A program made the position numbers and the translations under genes. From Klebsormidium nitens (lineage: Eukaryota; Plantae; Klebsormidiophyceae): a stretch of 64,000 nucleotides of DNA. Below, piece after piece: positions 27,224-40,866 of this stretch. The stretch lies in NCBI GenBank assembly GCA_000708835.1, contig DF236953.1, forward strand, positions 420,990 through 484,989. Direction: 5' to 3'. The notes beneath the pieces are model-generated. The model worked only from the letters and a program-made list of their open reading frames with translations. It made no database searches and was not told where the DNA came from. How positions within the stretch are numbered: position 1 is the stretch's first letter; every line of letters begins with the position of its first letter.

Positions 27224-28287
27224 GCAAACGTGCAATTGAACGTACAGAAAAGGTCTCTGTTCTTGGAAGTAAGTCAAAGAGCCGCTGCCAGAAAATCTCG
27301 CGTGACAGAGACAGCGCAGTGCCATACAGTGCATACGTGTGTATGATTCAATGCGAATGCTACATGATTGCCGTTTCGAGGCATGCTCACTGATGTAGGC
27401 TTTGCGGGATGCAAACATTCCTTTGTAACGCGTCGTAGCTGTGGCAAACGATAGGTTTGTAGCCCGTAACAAGATTACCCAGTATACATTGTCAGAAAAG
27501 TACACCACATATATACACCCGGGGCAGTCGAAGGGGCATGCCAGTCAGGAGCTTGGCGCGGCATATGAGTGCATGGGCCGCCGCGGTGCAGCGGTCGTAC
27601 TTATCAAAGCGGCCATGCAAGCTTCCGACTCGCCATCATTTTCGGGCGCGCACGGCTATAAAGTTGGCAGCTCAGTGAATGGATGAATCTGGCTACAGAT
27701 CTTAACTTAAGCATGTCAATAACAACTGTTGCTGCCTCGATCAGCTCGTATCATTCATGCAGCAATTAGTGCGCGTGCACGGGCTGGCCGGCCATAAGTG
27801 GAGGTCCATGTCAGGCGATGTACGTGGCAGCTTTGATCTCTCTATAAACAATGATTACCAGGATCATGTGACGCAGTGTAGGACTGCCAGACTGATTGCC
27901 AGGGCAACTGAGACGATTGCCAAGAGCGCTTGATGTTGACCAAAGAGCAACTTGGCACATAATTCACTGTCTTTCAAACTTCCAATAACAGAGATAGCCC
28001 CCAGATGTTTTCACTTCGATCAATGCCCACGGCTTACTGGTTTGAACTTTCTGAACAGTACATCGGGCTGGGCGACACAGGAAAGGCCACCTGCACGTGA
28101 TATCTTTCTTGCCAAGATGGCAAGTATAACTTTCTCCAACCTAGACATCCCTGACTGTACGAGCGTGTACCAACGGCAGCCCTGGCATCTATTGAGCAAC
28201 TTCATAGGTGTACTCTTAGTCACTTCACATCAATCAATAAGCTGTCTTTGCTTCAAGCGGGGGCGCATGTTTATTATCAGCGAGATG

Positions 28288-31200
28288 CTAAGCACAACGC
28301 CTTATTTCATAGTAGGCTGCTAAGTAATCATCCGAGCTCTTTCCGTCCCAGGTGAAGTCTTGTCGCATTGCGGCCTTTACCCAGTCAGCCCACAGATCGG
28401 GATGCTCAACCTGCAAACGGAACCATTTTTGCGGTACAGTCAGTCGGAGGAGTGTGACTAATGTGACCAGTTCTGCAGACACTGCTGAGGTTGTGCACAC
28501 TGCTGAGTATGGCTACCAGGCACTTGAGCACCGACACTGGACGCGTACGACTTGGCCTCTGAGTCGCCACACTAACGACCTGACAGCACTCATCCTGAGT
28601 GTTGACTGAGTCTATCTTCAAGCAGTCATTCTCGAAGTAAGAGGAGGAGAACAGCGGACGTACACATGAGATATTTGAAAGGCCCAATCTCAGGTCCGGA
28701 CGGGACTCGGCATGTGTCAGGAATCTGCATGATGCATTGCCTGGATACTGCTTACCTTCTTCGCAAGCGCCCTCGACAGCTGGCTGGTCAGATCTGACGC
28801 CTCGTCCGAAGCGAAGGGGAAGCCAGGCGGGCCATCAGGACCTCGTCGAGCGCTGTCAACGTCGTACAACCTGCAACGGAGCAGAGTAAGTTTGCGCGTC
28901 GACCGAAAGTCTACCACCCCCCACTTTTTTTGTTGTCAGGCCACGTGGTTCAGGAAACCCTGGTTTCGGCAGTGGTTTGCAGCAAACCCTCCACATCTGT
29001 GTGCCCTATATCTTCCAATTCTGTACCAAAGCTCAGTCCAAAGCTAATGGGAAATGGCCATGAGTGGTGGCACTTGCCGACAAGGCTTTTTTGAGCAGAA
29101 AATATGCTAATTTGATTGATATAGGCGACACAATCACCTCAGTGTTGCAAACCTCTCACAAACCGAAACTTGTGCAAAGCAGGCCTCTAATTGGCTGAAA
29201 AACCTGGGATGGCCTCGGTCGACGCGCAACCTACTTCTCATTCTCAAAAGTGCGCTCAGGACTATCGACTTGCTTATTCACGCTTCGGAAGTGCAAAGAA
29301 AGAGGACTGATGGCCATGCCAAAAGGTAGCGCGTGCTACCTCAAAATACACAACAGACTCTTGGGGTGGAAGTCAACCGACAGAGCGCTCTCCTCATGAG
29401 ACGTTGGCAAAGCGGCAATTTCAATCTCTTGAAGAAGTTCGCAGGGAAATCAACGGCGTCACTCCCCGTCCAACTTGCTCACGACGTGCCACGTGTCCAC
29501 TTACACGTCGTTCTGACCGTACAGTTGCCGGGCCACGGGCAGCGCCCCGTATCGGAGGGCCACGATCTGCAGCTGGTTGGTGGGCTCGTACACTGCCGGA
29601 CACACCAGGATGTCCGAACCCGCAATGAGCCGATGCGCCAGACTGTCGTCCCACTTGATCTCAACGCGTGCGCTCCCAACCTGCGGAGTTTAGGCATTGC
29701 TTCTTTAGGTTTCGTTGACCGACAGTGCTTCGGTCTCCGACTTCGCCAAACCGCTTCACGTTCATGCAGACACATCTCTCTTTGCGCTCCAATTCTTCCG
29801 TGTCAATCGAACACGTCTTCGTAACCTTTGAGGACGACTGATGAATTTTTGTACTTTTCAAACGGTACGGACATTCAGGAGATAGGTTCTCTTGTCGGAA
29901 ATAAATGCCTAGGACGCATGCGTTCATTACGCATCCAGCAAATCCCGTGCTGCCAATGAGCAGAGGACCAAAAGACAATCAGATACGAGGTATTTCGAGA
30001 ACCACCTTTTCAATCTTGCTTTTGACTTTTTCTTCGCAAACCAGTTCAAGCCCAAGAAGTCCAAGAGACCAGCCAAACAAGACCTTGAGATGTCGAAGCA
30101 CGGCGTTCGAGTGCAAAGCAGCTTAGACGGCTGTTCAGAATGTTTTGAGAGCGTCTTTCGGACCACTGCAATATACTCAAGGAAAGAAACCCCAAAGCAT
30201 TTCCGCTAGCGAATCAGCCTCTGGTCTAACGCGCGTCCTCTCTCGACACGCGTTCAGCACGAAGAGCAAACCAACAAAATAGATAAATTAAATGCTTCGA
30301 ATCGACGGCGCAAGAGTTTCTGAGTAACGACAGAAGAAGCCTGACAGGATAACCCAGACAGCGTGTTAGAATATTCCTGTATGTACGGAAAAAATGGGGG
30401 AGAAAGCTCACCCCAAACTCGAGTGCTAGGTCTTCTAGCTGAACTTGCACCCGCGGTTCCCTGCTGGACCCCACGATAACGAACTGCGCACCGTAACGAA
30501 ACTTCAACTTGGGCAAAAATGAGATGTAATTTAGCCTGCCGCCTTGATGAGATGGTCTCAGAATGCAATGACCAACGTGTCAGGATGTGTTTGAGCAAGT
30601 AACGCATCTGTGAGATGCTGGCACATTTCATGATTGAGCAATGGGCATCGAAGATGACAATCCAAGCGCTAGGTACGTCAACAAACGTAACACCAGATGT
30701 CGCTGCGACAAGCTTTAGCGTTTGATTACGCGAGCAAACTGCGGACTACTCAAACCTGCGCATTCGGACGTCTGCTCGAAGCCGCTTTCTGACGCCACTA
30801 GAGGACAGAAAGTGACTCGTTGTCGCCGTGAATCCAACCCGGCTCTGGCAGGTTGAGCGAGCGTAAACAAGTTCCTAACTCTAACCCAGCTGGGTCAACA
30901 CGTACTACTCCGCCTTCGTTTGAAGAAGCACAGAGAGCAAAAGGGTTGCGACCAAAAGGCTTCGATGATTCTCAAAGATCCGATGAACTGGGCAGGTTTT
31001 CATGTGTAGCTTTTGGACCGTAAGCACTTTCTGAAAAGGCTCCAGTGGTTTTGGACTATTATACGTACTTGGCCCCCTTGTTGTAACGTTGTGTTGAGAG
31101 CGGCTCGAATCAGCTCCAGCTCCTTTTCCCTCACAGCTGGCGCGATGCATCCCACCTAAAACAAGACGTGCGACGTCAAGAAGTCTCCGAGACTGGCGGA

Positions 31201-34200
31201 GGTAGAAGTCTGTTAATTGATGTAACTTCCCGTTGAAGTCCTGGTCCAGACAGAGTCCCCATTTTACGTGACCAGGCAACCACGTTTACCGTTTCGCTGT
31301 CGAATAAAGAGCTGAAGGCCGGATGATTCAAGCAGCAAAACTTTCCAAAACATGCTTCTCCGGAGCATATTGCAAGGCGACCTGCTTCAAGGCTTCAGAA
31401 TTCCGGGATTCCAGGGTTCTAAACCTGGATGGGAGACAGAATCCGTTACCTCATAAGCGTGCAATTCGGCAAAAACTGGTGACTTTGTGTAAATGACAGG
31501 TCAAAAGGTGATCATTCGGAGATTGAAAGTTTGCTACGAGGAATCTACCAAGATACATCCAGAGCGAGGCACCAGCTTGAATAAAGCAACGGCCACAAAT
31601 GATGTCACGGTGCTGACATCACTGCTGGCCCTTTCCAGACCAGATACACGACCAACTGCCTCCGTTAAAGGGTATAGGCACTTTCGTAGCCGGTTGCGTC
31701 CCACGCTGCAAGTTTTGTTATACTTCCCTGCTCAAAAGCGGTGATGAAAAGCGAGACCTTTCCATCCATCTCACCAGCGGGACGTCTTCTTGAGGAAGGT
31801 TAAGCTCCTCCCGCAGGCTCGTCCGATTCGCGTCCTTTCCGGACGGGTCCTCTGCGGAGTACGACGTCGAGAGCGCAGGATCCCGTTCCGGGTTCCACAC
31901 CATGTCGTTCAGCCCGCTGAGGATGCCCACTATTTTGGCCCTGGGACAACGATTCGAAGGGTCTAAAAGAAGTCTGAAGTATAAGTCCTTACAGCAGTCG
32001 TGAACGAGCTCAGCGTACGTGTCGAGGCCGTGCCAGTCTATTTTCGAAGGCCTGCAGCTCAATGACGCATCTAGTAGACTTGGATATCAGAGACCAACTA
32101 GGCCAGTTTTCTGCGACAATCAGCCGCAACTGGAAAGGACACTTCGCACCGATTTGCTGTGTGCATTCAGCAGCTTGGCGCCCGGGCTGCTGGCAGATAA
32201 TCTTCCCGAAAGCAAGCCGCACAATCTACAACCTGAGTCACCAGCGCTCCGCTTCGCTTGACATTGCGGACTTTCAATACTCCTTCGCATGCTAGGGGAA
32301 ATGTTACCCCTGCAACAAATGCAGGGTTTCGACAACCAGCACTGATTTACGTGGGAAGAGCGGTCACTTACTCGTGTTGTTGCAAGGTCGGCTCCATCCC
32401 GTAGCCCAGGTTGGTCTTGACGTCGCTAGCATACGTTTGTGAAGCGGTTGTGACCTTGTTCGAGTACACGATGCCACCCTGCGCAAGAGACAAGACTGAC
32501 TCAGAGGGCCTCATGTTCGAGCTATCGCACCTTTCATGGTTGCGAGGTGCAGAGAGCAAACAGCGGACAGAGTGTTTGAATAGAGTAGTAAGCTTGACAA
32601 CAGCTTTGGCAAGCAACAAAGGGACAGCATTTTGATGCATACTGGCGTCTTCAACGGAAGAAAAAAATGCTCAAAATTTCCCAGAAAACTGCCAGCAGAT
32701 CTTCCTCTCGAACCCAAGGGTATCAGGAGAGACGCCCGAGATACACATCAGGAAACCGGGTAGAATGTGTCATCGGCACAGCCCCGGACCGACTGCTCTC
32801 GTAGAGATGTTCGATGCCATCTTAGCCCGGTCTGAACCGTTCTGACCCATACGAGACTCCAAGAGTAGCACAATGCTCCGAAGGCCACGGCCTGGCTGGC
32901 GTACAGAAGACTTACCTTCAGCAGATTTATCATGCTCGGGTCGAGGTTGTCTTGCAACCGATCTGGCCGGTTGAGCTGGGAGTGATCCAGCCCGCAGAGG
33001 GCCAACTTTTCTGGGGGTGCCGTGCACTGAGAACAGACACGAAAGTAACCCGATGTTAGAAGCAGCGGCGCTTCGGCCAGACAAAAGGGTAGCTCAAAGC
33101 TTGCGAAGGAGCAAGCGACTCATTGACAGCAGGACGCATTTGCATCTTTCTTTCGTGGGGATGTTCGGCGCACTTCAGGAAGCTGTGTGCAAAGGACTTT
33201 CTTTGCGGAACATTAATTTGCGGGGGTCTCAGAGGCGTGCTAAAGAGCATGCCTTCCCCTTTTCCGTGCAGACAGAACGGATGAAAGGAGAAAGCGGAAT
33301 CCCAGCGGGTCACTTTCGATGACACTCCTCAGTTACAACCTTTCAAATCAACGGTCCGAAAAGGTCTTTCCGGCGGAGTTGGCCGTCGATTTCCTGGGGG
33401 CTGGCGGAGGTTGCCCGGAAGTCCAATGTTCTCCCTCCATCCTTTCTGACACTCCTCCGAGGAATATATTAAAGTACTCATGAAGTCAGAAACAAGAGAA
33501 GTCAGCAATCAATCGGAACATGAACATCTCAGGAAGCGGGCGGTAGCGCAGACCTGGTACTTGAAGTCGTGGCAGGTGAACATGATGCGCGTGTCTTGCA
33601 AGCCCGCGTTGTAGAAGATGTCCCAAAAGAGCGGCGCGATGGCAGCCGTCTGCCAGTTGTGCAAATGCAGCACGTCCGGCTGCTTGCCCACCTTCTGCAC
33701 GTACTCCAACGCCGCGCGACTGAAGTAGGTGAACCTGCGGAGTGAAGACTTTCATTGATGAGTACTTTGGTTCATTGCGGAACAAGGGCTAGCTTGGTTG
33801 GTTGTTGGTTACTGATGGGTTCACCGTTATCTAGCGTTTTTCAGGCTGCTTGCCCACCTTCTGCACGCACTCCAGTGTAGCGCGACTGTAAGTAGGTGAA
33901 CCTGCGGAGTGAAGGCTTTCATTGATCAGCACTTTGACTCCTTGTGGAAGCAAGAAACTCCATTGGTTGATTGTTGGTTACTATTTGTTATCCACTAGTT
34001 AGCGTTTTTTAGGCTGCGTGCCCACCTTCTGCACGTATTCCAGCGCCGCGAGGCTGAAGTACGTGGATCTGCATAGTCCGGATAGTCCTTACTTGAGTAC
34101 TTGGTCAGTTCATTTCGTATCCTTAACGGTAAATGATCGAGCTATTACCAATTTTCTGCACATAGGTACACCAGGGCCGCGCGCTGAAGCACGGGAACCT

Positions 34201-37200
34201 ATGGAGCAAGGACAAACTTGCACTGCCAAGGTCTAAGACAAGATCACAAAGATGTCCAACGAACCTGGGCCGGCGGTAAGTTTCATCAATAGTCTGACGA
34301 AAAGTGAGTGGCAAGCACTGATTCAACGATGGTGTCCGATCGAAAGCCGCACCATTGTCATACAAGTATCAGTACTAGACACTCCCCGACCCCAGGACAC
34401 CCTATTCTAACAACTACAAGTTAGTCAGAGCGCGAACATTTTTCGTTGTACATGGTTTCAGCAGAGGGTGCCGATCCTTGCTTCCCCAAGGTCGAGACGA
34501 GCTCTCACCTCTCGAAATCGTCTTCGTAGTCGTAAAATGTCTCTCGAGCAAAGAACTGCTGCGGATGCTGGGGGTCGATCAGCGTGACTGGGATTCCAAA
34601 CACAACCCTGCGCTCAAGCAAACAGTTATAAGAAAAAGTGTCTTCAGGTCAAAGAGAACCTCCCGATAGCTGATTTTGATTGACGGCCTCGAGCAAAAGA
34701 AACTGGGCCACCACGAGAGCCATTCAGGAAGATGCTGACCGTCGTCAGTGGCCCGGCTATTCCTTCCAACCTGCTCGCTCATTCATCAGCAGCTGAGCGC
34801 CAGAACTGGGAAGCACCAATGGCCTCCGGTGTCGCCGCCCTCCAACCGCAAGAGTTATACGCGGACGCATGAGACTTCTGTCAGCCCTCTTTCCGCCTTG
34901 ACCGAACATCTTTTACAATACCAGATTGTACCAGGAGCCTATAAATCTGATCAACGAAGGGGCTGCGTAACACCTGTCCTCAATTCTCTGAAGCTCGGCA
35001 TCCACGATTAACAGCTTAATCCAAAAGGTGTCTCGTTCAATTGACGACTTATCGATGCCACAGCCCCGCTCGGAAACCTGAACAGAAGGAACGTATTTCA
35101 GGTTAGTCAGCAGTCCGCCCGGGTGCCTCACCCGGTCCAGATTTTGTTGCGGTGCCACTCGCCGTCGAAGTAGGAGTGGAGCTCCCGGGACGCCTCTTGC
35201 AGGTCATCCAGCACGCTCATGTCCAGCGACGCGTACTTCGGCAGAATCACCTCCACCAAGTTGCCTTTCCGCCGTAGCGCTCTGAAGAAGCGCGTCAAGA
35301 ATACAGTGAGGATTCTGTGAGCGTTGAACACTGTTGAAATCTCTCGTCGCCTTTGAGCAGTCCTTCCACCAAGTTGCACACCGCTCTGGGGACCTCAGAA
35401 AAAGGAGGACAGGGCTGATTGTTGCGAAAATAGGCAATTGACTTCCTCGGACCTCGAACTTCGTTTCATGCGGATAAGGAAGAACGCCAAGGGATCGGAG
35501 AGGCTCCGCTCGGTCAGTAACTAAACAAGCCGTCAGAAAAAGTATTCACTCTCTCGTCTTTCACTCGCAGGCCTTATCAGGCGTCAGAGCCCCTCCGTTT
35601 ACTTGTTCCCCTTTCACTTGCAGCCACTTGACCATCGCCATGGGACTCTATGCATTCGATGGGCTCTGGCCATAAGTCTTTCTTCGCAGCATCTGACCTG
35701 AAAACTGCGACGCAGGTTACAAGTTTTTTGTCCTCACCTGCACAGCCCCATCACCTTCGCTGCCAGCGTTCCCGTCTCCGCCACGGGTGCCAGCTCCGTG
35801 CACACGTGGATCACATGGATCCCCGCCTGAGCCTTCTGGTCTAGCAGGGGCAACAGCCCTTGAGCCACCGCTTCTGCAGACTGGCCTCTCAGATCCACAA
35901 ACGCTTCGGCGATGCGCATGTCCCGTTTTTGCACAAGTTCGCGGAGGCCGGCGGCCTGTGTGCGGGTGATTATCTCGCCAAGCAGGAGGTTGTCGATGGC
36001 TAGGATAAGGGAGCTCCATAGGGCTGGGGGGTCGGCCTTTGGGTCGCGCTTGTCCCCCACACGGAAGATGCCGCCACCTGTGGAATAGAAAGACTATGAG
36101 CACCCGGGAGTGCAGTTGAGAGCCCTGACCAGTATTATTCGCAAACAGGCACACCGAAGATTTCCTGTGTGCTCAAGTCATCCTGCCTAACACCCGACAA
36201 ATGGAGTCTTGATGCAACTTTACGCTGGAACCAGGTTCTTATCGTGAATCCGTCATTGGCTTCGCTTTTTATGCCGGCAGGTGTCACTTCTTTCAGCCAG
36301 CGTGATTCTGTGTTGGTACTTTCAAAACATAAGATGATGTTCTGCAGGTCTGATCCTCATGGATGGGAAAGTCAAGAACAGCAGCTAAAGGTCTCGCCTG
36401 CTCTGCTCTCTGCCAAGGCAATGCTCCCTTCTGCAGTCTTCAGCCTCTGCCCCAATACGTCCTTGTCGCCGGTGGCAGCCTGGACTTCCGCCTCTAGTTG
36501 CGATACTTTGGCCAGGAGCAGCTCCTTGTCTCTCTCTGCCTTTTGCAGCTCCTCTATTGCAATCAGGCGCTGCTTGTTCAAGTACAGCATGTCTGCAGCA
36601 ACCGCACGAATCAACATTACACTTCTGTCGTGGCCACTAATGGGAGCCTGAGGGCAATCCTGGGCCTTAAGAATGTTCAGAGGGATCTATCGGACTCCGA
36701 CGATGCGGAGGGGACCTGGTGGGTTGGACTAGTTCCCATCTAGCAAGATCCAACAAGCAGGGGTGCGACAACCTCATTGCGCAGCTCCCAAGTTCTGTCT
36801 TTGACCTCAAGAGACTGCATCTCTGTGTTTGTGTTGGGGAGATTGATGTAACAAGATCTGAGAGTAGGTTTCAAAGGGTCCATTCCAACTCCAGGAGGGA
36901 GGCTTGAAAAGAAAGGGTCGACTGACAGTCACATGGCGGGCTGCGTATGACGTATGCAATGCTGAGCGGGACAATCTATACATCTACTGATCAACCTTTT
37001 CTGCCGGACAATTTAGCAAGCAGAGTAAGTGGCTCTTCATGCGGGGCTGATGACGCTTCAACAGGCAGATTGCGAACTCACTCTGTTGAGCGTCGTTGAA
37101 GAGTTTCATCATGTCCATTGTGTTTGCAGGCGCCTTCTGATTCCAACCGGGAACCTAACGCAAGCCACAAAACCGGTGTTGATAAAGACGCAGTTTAAAG

Positions 37201-38197
37201 GCGTCTACTTATAGACTCGCCTTTAATCAGTCTTGACACACTTGCTAGGACGCCCCAAGAGAATGATTTGTTTCTGCAGCAGTTACGGCCGCTTCTTGCA
37301 CAGGGCAACAGGGGTGGTCTGTGGGCTGGCAATCAAGCAATCAATCAACCTTCACATTTTTTACCATCATCAAAACCAGAGTGCACAATGCTGGTTCTTA
37401 CCTGTATGCCCTCAGAGTCCGACGGATTGCTGCAAAGATCAGATTCTAGAGTTCAATAGGGATGATCAATACAGGGTGCTTTCAACAACTCCAGCCTTAC
37501 AGCAATTGAGCAGATCTGCAGGTCAACACAGCAGCCGGCAACGAATCGAGCATCCTACGACGGGCAAGGACAGACGAATGACAATGTCAAACCTCCCACA
37601 GGACCACGCATATGTTTCTATTGTGGAAGACAAACCTTGTCGTTTCAAGAGTTTGCTTGGCCAATGGTGTATCTCTGTAAGCAAGCAGGGGACATGAACA
37701 GTGTTAGGATCGGTCGGCTTCAAGGTAGTCAGGTCTGTGCAATTGAACCACCCAATCAAACCAGCTGGTCATCCATTGAGGCAGAAATATGTAATTGATG
37801 CACCGTCGGCATTACCCTGGTCAGCCACACCCCTTGCTTGCAGCAAAAGTAGGTGTAGCAGGTTTAGCTTTGAGTCATCTTGCGAACCAATGCATCACCA
37901 ACGCAGCCACACTTACCCGTTTTGGGAAGACACTTGGATCCTTCCAAGCCTGTGCCTCTTCGCCCCAAGATTGCTCAAGCCTGGTCTGTCAGTGACATTA
38001 CTCCTCCCAATCAAGCTGCTGATGGCAGTGGGCTTAGTAATGACATTGAGCCGCAATTGGTGAGCACTTTTGATCATCGCAATCTCGCCAGGCGAAGCAC
38101 CCACTACTTTAGCCATACCCATGTTGTGTTGGCCAGAAGAACTTTGAATGGCCTTATGGCCCATGGTTGTCTGTGACGCGCACATTCCACCTGCCAT
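28288..38197 (-). CDS. SS5: Non-canonical starch synthase, SS5-like (transit peptide, coiled coil, GT5 and GT1 domains), multi-exon
   Basis: Exons give a transit-peptide-like N-terminus (ATG 38197, less certain), KLFNDAQQNMLYLNKQRLIAIEEL, HVIHVCTELAPVAETGTL, VEVILPKYASLD...SYFDGEWHRNKIWTG, KQPDVLHLHNWQTAAIAPLFWDIF, CGLDHSQLNRPDRLQDN, GGIVYSNKV, VGCIAPAVREKEL, LIAGSDILVCPAVYEPTNQLQIVALRYGALPVAR and AMRQDFTWDGKSSDDYLAAY. LYLNKQRL and LHxHNWQTA match my recollection of plant SS5 rather than SS4. Confidence 0.85.
33678..34075 (-). repeat. Three degenerate tandem units (about 167 bp) spanning an SS5 acceptor and exon start
   Basis: ggctgc(t/g)tgcccaccttctgcacg starts at 33678, 33844 and 34012. 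Only the first copy is the functional exon. Confidence 0.9.
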
Positions 38198-38718
38198 CGA
38201 GCTTGGTGGTTTCTCGGAGGTCGCCGATCAAGTATCGACCAAAACGTTGGCAGGCACCCAGCAAGTTCACATTTTCCTTGCTACATTCGAGATCTCACAA
38301 GCCTGCTGCCACCGCGTGGTGCCTGTGAGGTGTGCAAATTCTTTTTGAAGGCGCCCCAAAGCGCCTGCAACAAAGCCCTGAGCCTGCCCTGAGCAGCTTC
38401 GATCTGGTCTGATTTGCACAGTGGTGGCGCCAAAAATGATGATGGCGGTGGGTTCCGCGGGAAGAACACCGGAACGGCGGAAGTATTCCGAAACCGGATC
38501 CCAAACCCCGGGCCCTCGCCCAGCGGCGGCCGCCAACCGCAGCCGCGACACTGTGCTGTACGCGTTAGTCCAGGCTTTGCCGGCCGCGGGGTGCGCTGAA
38601 GCTTGATGAAATTACATCCATCAAAAGTGTCCTAAAAGTTTTAGAAACGTACGAACAGCAGGAGAGCAGGTGCTCTTACAGACGCAAGGAGCACGAAGGA
38701 AGAGCGGAGAATAGAAGA

Positions 38719-40509
38719 ATGATGTTCAACGACCCTGCTTCGTCTGACGTAGTCGTCATCCTCGTTTCTGGAGATGTGCAAGGGAGTGAACAAACCCCAC
38801 CTGAAAGTGAGGTTCGCCTTCACTTGCACCAGAACGTTCTCAAAAGAGAGTCTCAATACTTCGAAGCACGTATCTCACGATGGCAGGCACCTCACGAGAT
38901 GAAGCAGGGACTGGAATCCACAAAACCGGAAATTGTTGTTAGTTGCACCTCTAGTGCTCAAGTAGAGAGCTATTCGTTTGTTCTGGAGCTTCTGTACAAG
39001 GAGAGCGAAGATCATAGTGAGGGAAAGGAAGCTAAGCTGCTCTTTGGCTGCGCAGCGCAAGCGCTTTCAGTGCTAGAAGCCAGCAGCTTTTTGGCCTGCG
39101 AGAGGATCATCAAGCTGTGCTGTGACTACCTGAATGCTGCATACTGGCCTTAAGAGGAGGTGGGGAGATACAGGGAATTCATTGAAGGACTTGGAGAAAC
39201 GGTTGCAAACAAGCTGAGGGACAAGCTTGACTCCAGAAGAGAGGCAGCCATGTCGGAGTCCCTCTTCAGTAGCCTTCTTCAGATGGCCGTCTCCAAGGCC
39301 AATTTCTCAATGAGAAATGGTGAAGTCCAGGTTGGATCCAGCTTCAAAAGGGCATGGGGGATCCTTGAGAGATACGCGGCTACCAACTGGAAGGGGCTGT
39401 CAAAGGACGCGCAAAAGAGGCTCTGGTTTGAAGACTTTCGCAGTCTTACAAGTCTTGTTCACGACAGGGTCCTCAAGCGTTCTGTGACTGGACTCGAGCA
39501 GGGGCTAAAATTCACTGAGTTCCTGCTGACTTACATCTTAAGGTATGATGTATGCAAGGAAAAATTTGTCAGGGCGTGGGCCGAGACGCCCCTGCCTCGG
39601 CTAATAGCAGGATGCATCTACGGCGGGGACCTTCAAAACGGTCACGACTGGGTCACAAGACCGGGTGATTGGCAAGTCCTCACAAACATAGTAAGCAGCC
39701 TGTGTAGAACTCTATCTTCGATACTCGAAAGCGTTGAAAATGGCTCATGCGCCATTGAGCAGACCACGCTGGCAGAGCTCCTGAAGGGCTGGGGGATGGT
39801 CTTCGTGGCCCTGGAAAGCCTTCACCAGTCCTTGCACAAACTTGGGGAGAACAAGGACGAGAGCCTGACAGCAGAAGCTGTTCAGAGGCTACTAGTCTCC
39901 ACCAAGACGCTATTCGCTTCCCTCGACAGCGCAGCCCGCGATCAGTGCCGCTTCTACTGGGCCGATGCATCGAGGGAGGTTGAAACCAAGATGCCCTGGA
40001 GCACCTTCGTTTACGAGACGATGATGGACTTCAGCACGACTCAAAATCCTGTTCGGCTCTTGGAATGTCACCTCTATCTCTGGAGGCCCACAGATCCTCT
40101 GCCTATCGACAGGTTCTTGAAGGTGGCTCCAAATCTCACGCTAGAGCTTTCCGGCATCTGGCTGAAGAAGTTCTCGCACCAATACGCGACCAAGAACGTT
40201 TTCTCCATGAGATGCGTCATCGAAGCAAACATACTCATTTTCGAGGCAGCCCTATACCCTCAGTCTCCAACTCCAGATGACGTCAGGTTCCAACTTTTAG
40301 AGGTCTGGTTCGCAGAGTACGTCTGCTTGGACAGGAAGAAAGCCGTGGATCCGCGTCTCTCTGAGGCGTTGAAGAAAATCTTCTTGTCTTTGCCGGTCTC
40401 TGCCCAGGCTGAACTGGTTGATGAGTATTGGGGGAAGCTGTACGCCTCAGGATCCCGTTCTAGCTCCTTTGATACATTCTTCGACGACTGGTATATCCGC
40501 ACGGCCTAG
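38719..40509 (+). pseudogene. Intronless BTB/POZ-domain gene (plant At3g05675/At1g63850-like) interrupted by one in-frame TAA
   Basis: FNDPASSDVVVIL...LHLHQNVLKRESQYFEARISRW...LELLY...CCDYLNAAYWP-TAA(39151-39153)-EEVGRY. The same frame then stays open for about 450 codons to 40509. Confidence 0.7.
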
Positions 40510-40862
40510 GAAACTGGTCCCGCCGTAGGCTAAGGTCGTTTTCTTCGTTGGGGGAGAGAAGCAAAAGCATAACATACCTCCGTATACAAGAACAGTGTCC
40601 TCTTGTTGCTTCTTGAAGATGAGCAAGGAACGTGTGAGTCTCACCGTGCGGTACTTAAGTCTTGAAGGAGGGGTTGGCAAGTATATAGGCTCGAAGCACC
40701 TTATGATGACACATGTGCATCGACCAACCTGATGTGCGCATATATGGCTGGCCGAGCTAGACGGTAGTTACCTGCAGGTCCTATATATACAACCAAACCG
40801 TACGCGTGAGCACTCGGTTGTTTGAACCTAAAATACAACTTCGTGCACGATGACCGTATATG

Positions 40863-40866
40863 CGCG
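40863..40866. repeat. Left target-site duplication CGCG (right copy 51326-51329)
   Basis: tatatg-CGCG-[TGTC...GACA]-CGCG-gccgca. Confidence 0.8.

Noticed and set aside
38267-38551. GTG-initiated ORF upstream of SS5 as an alternative first exon
   Set aside because: No in-frame ATG upstream, and the ATG at 38197 already gives a plausible transit peptide. Likely 5' UTR.
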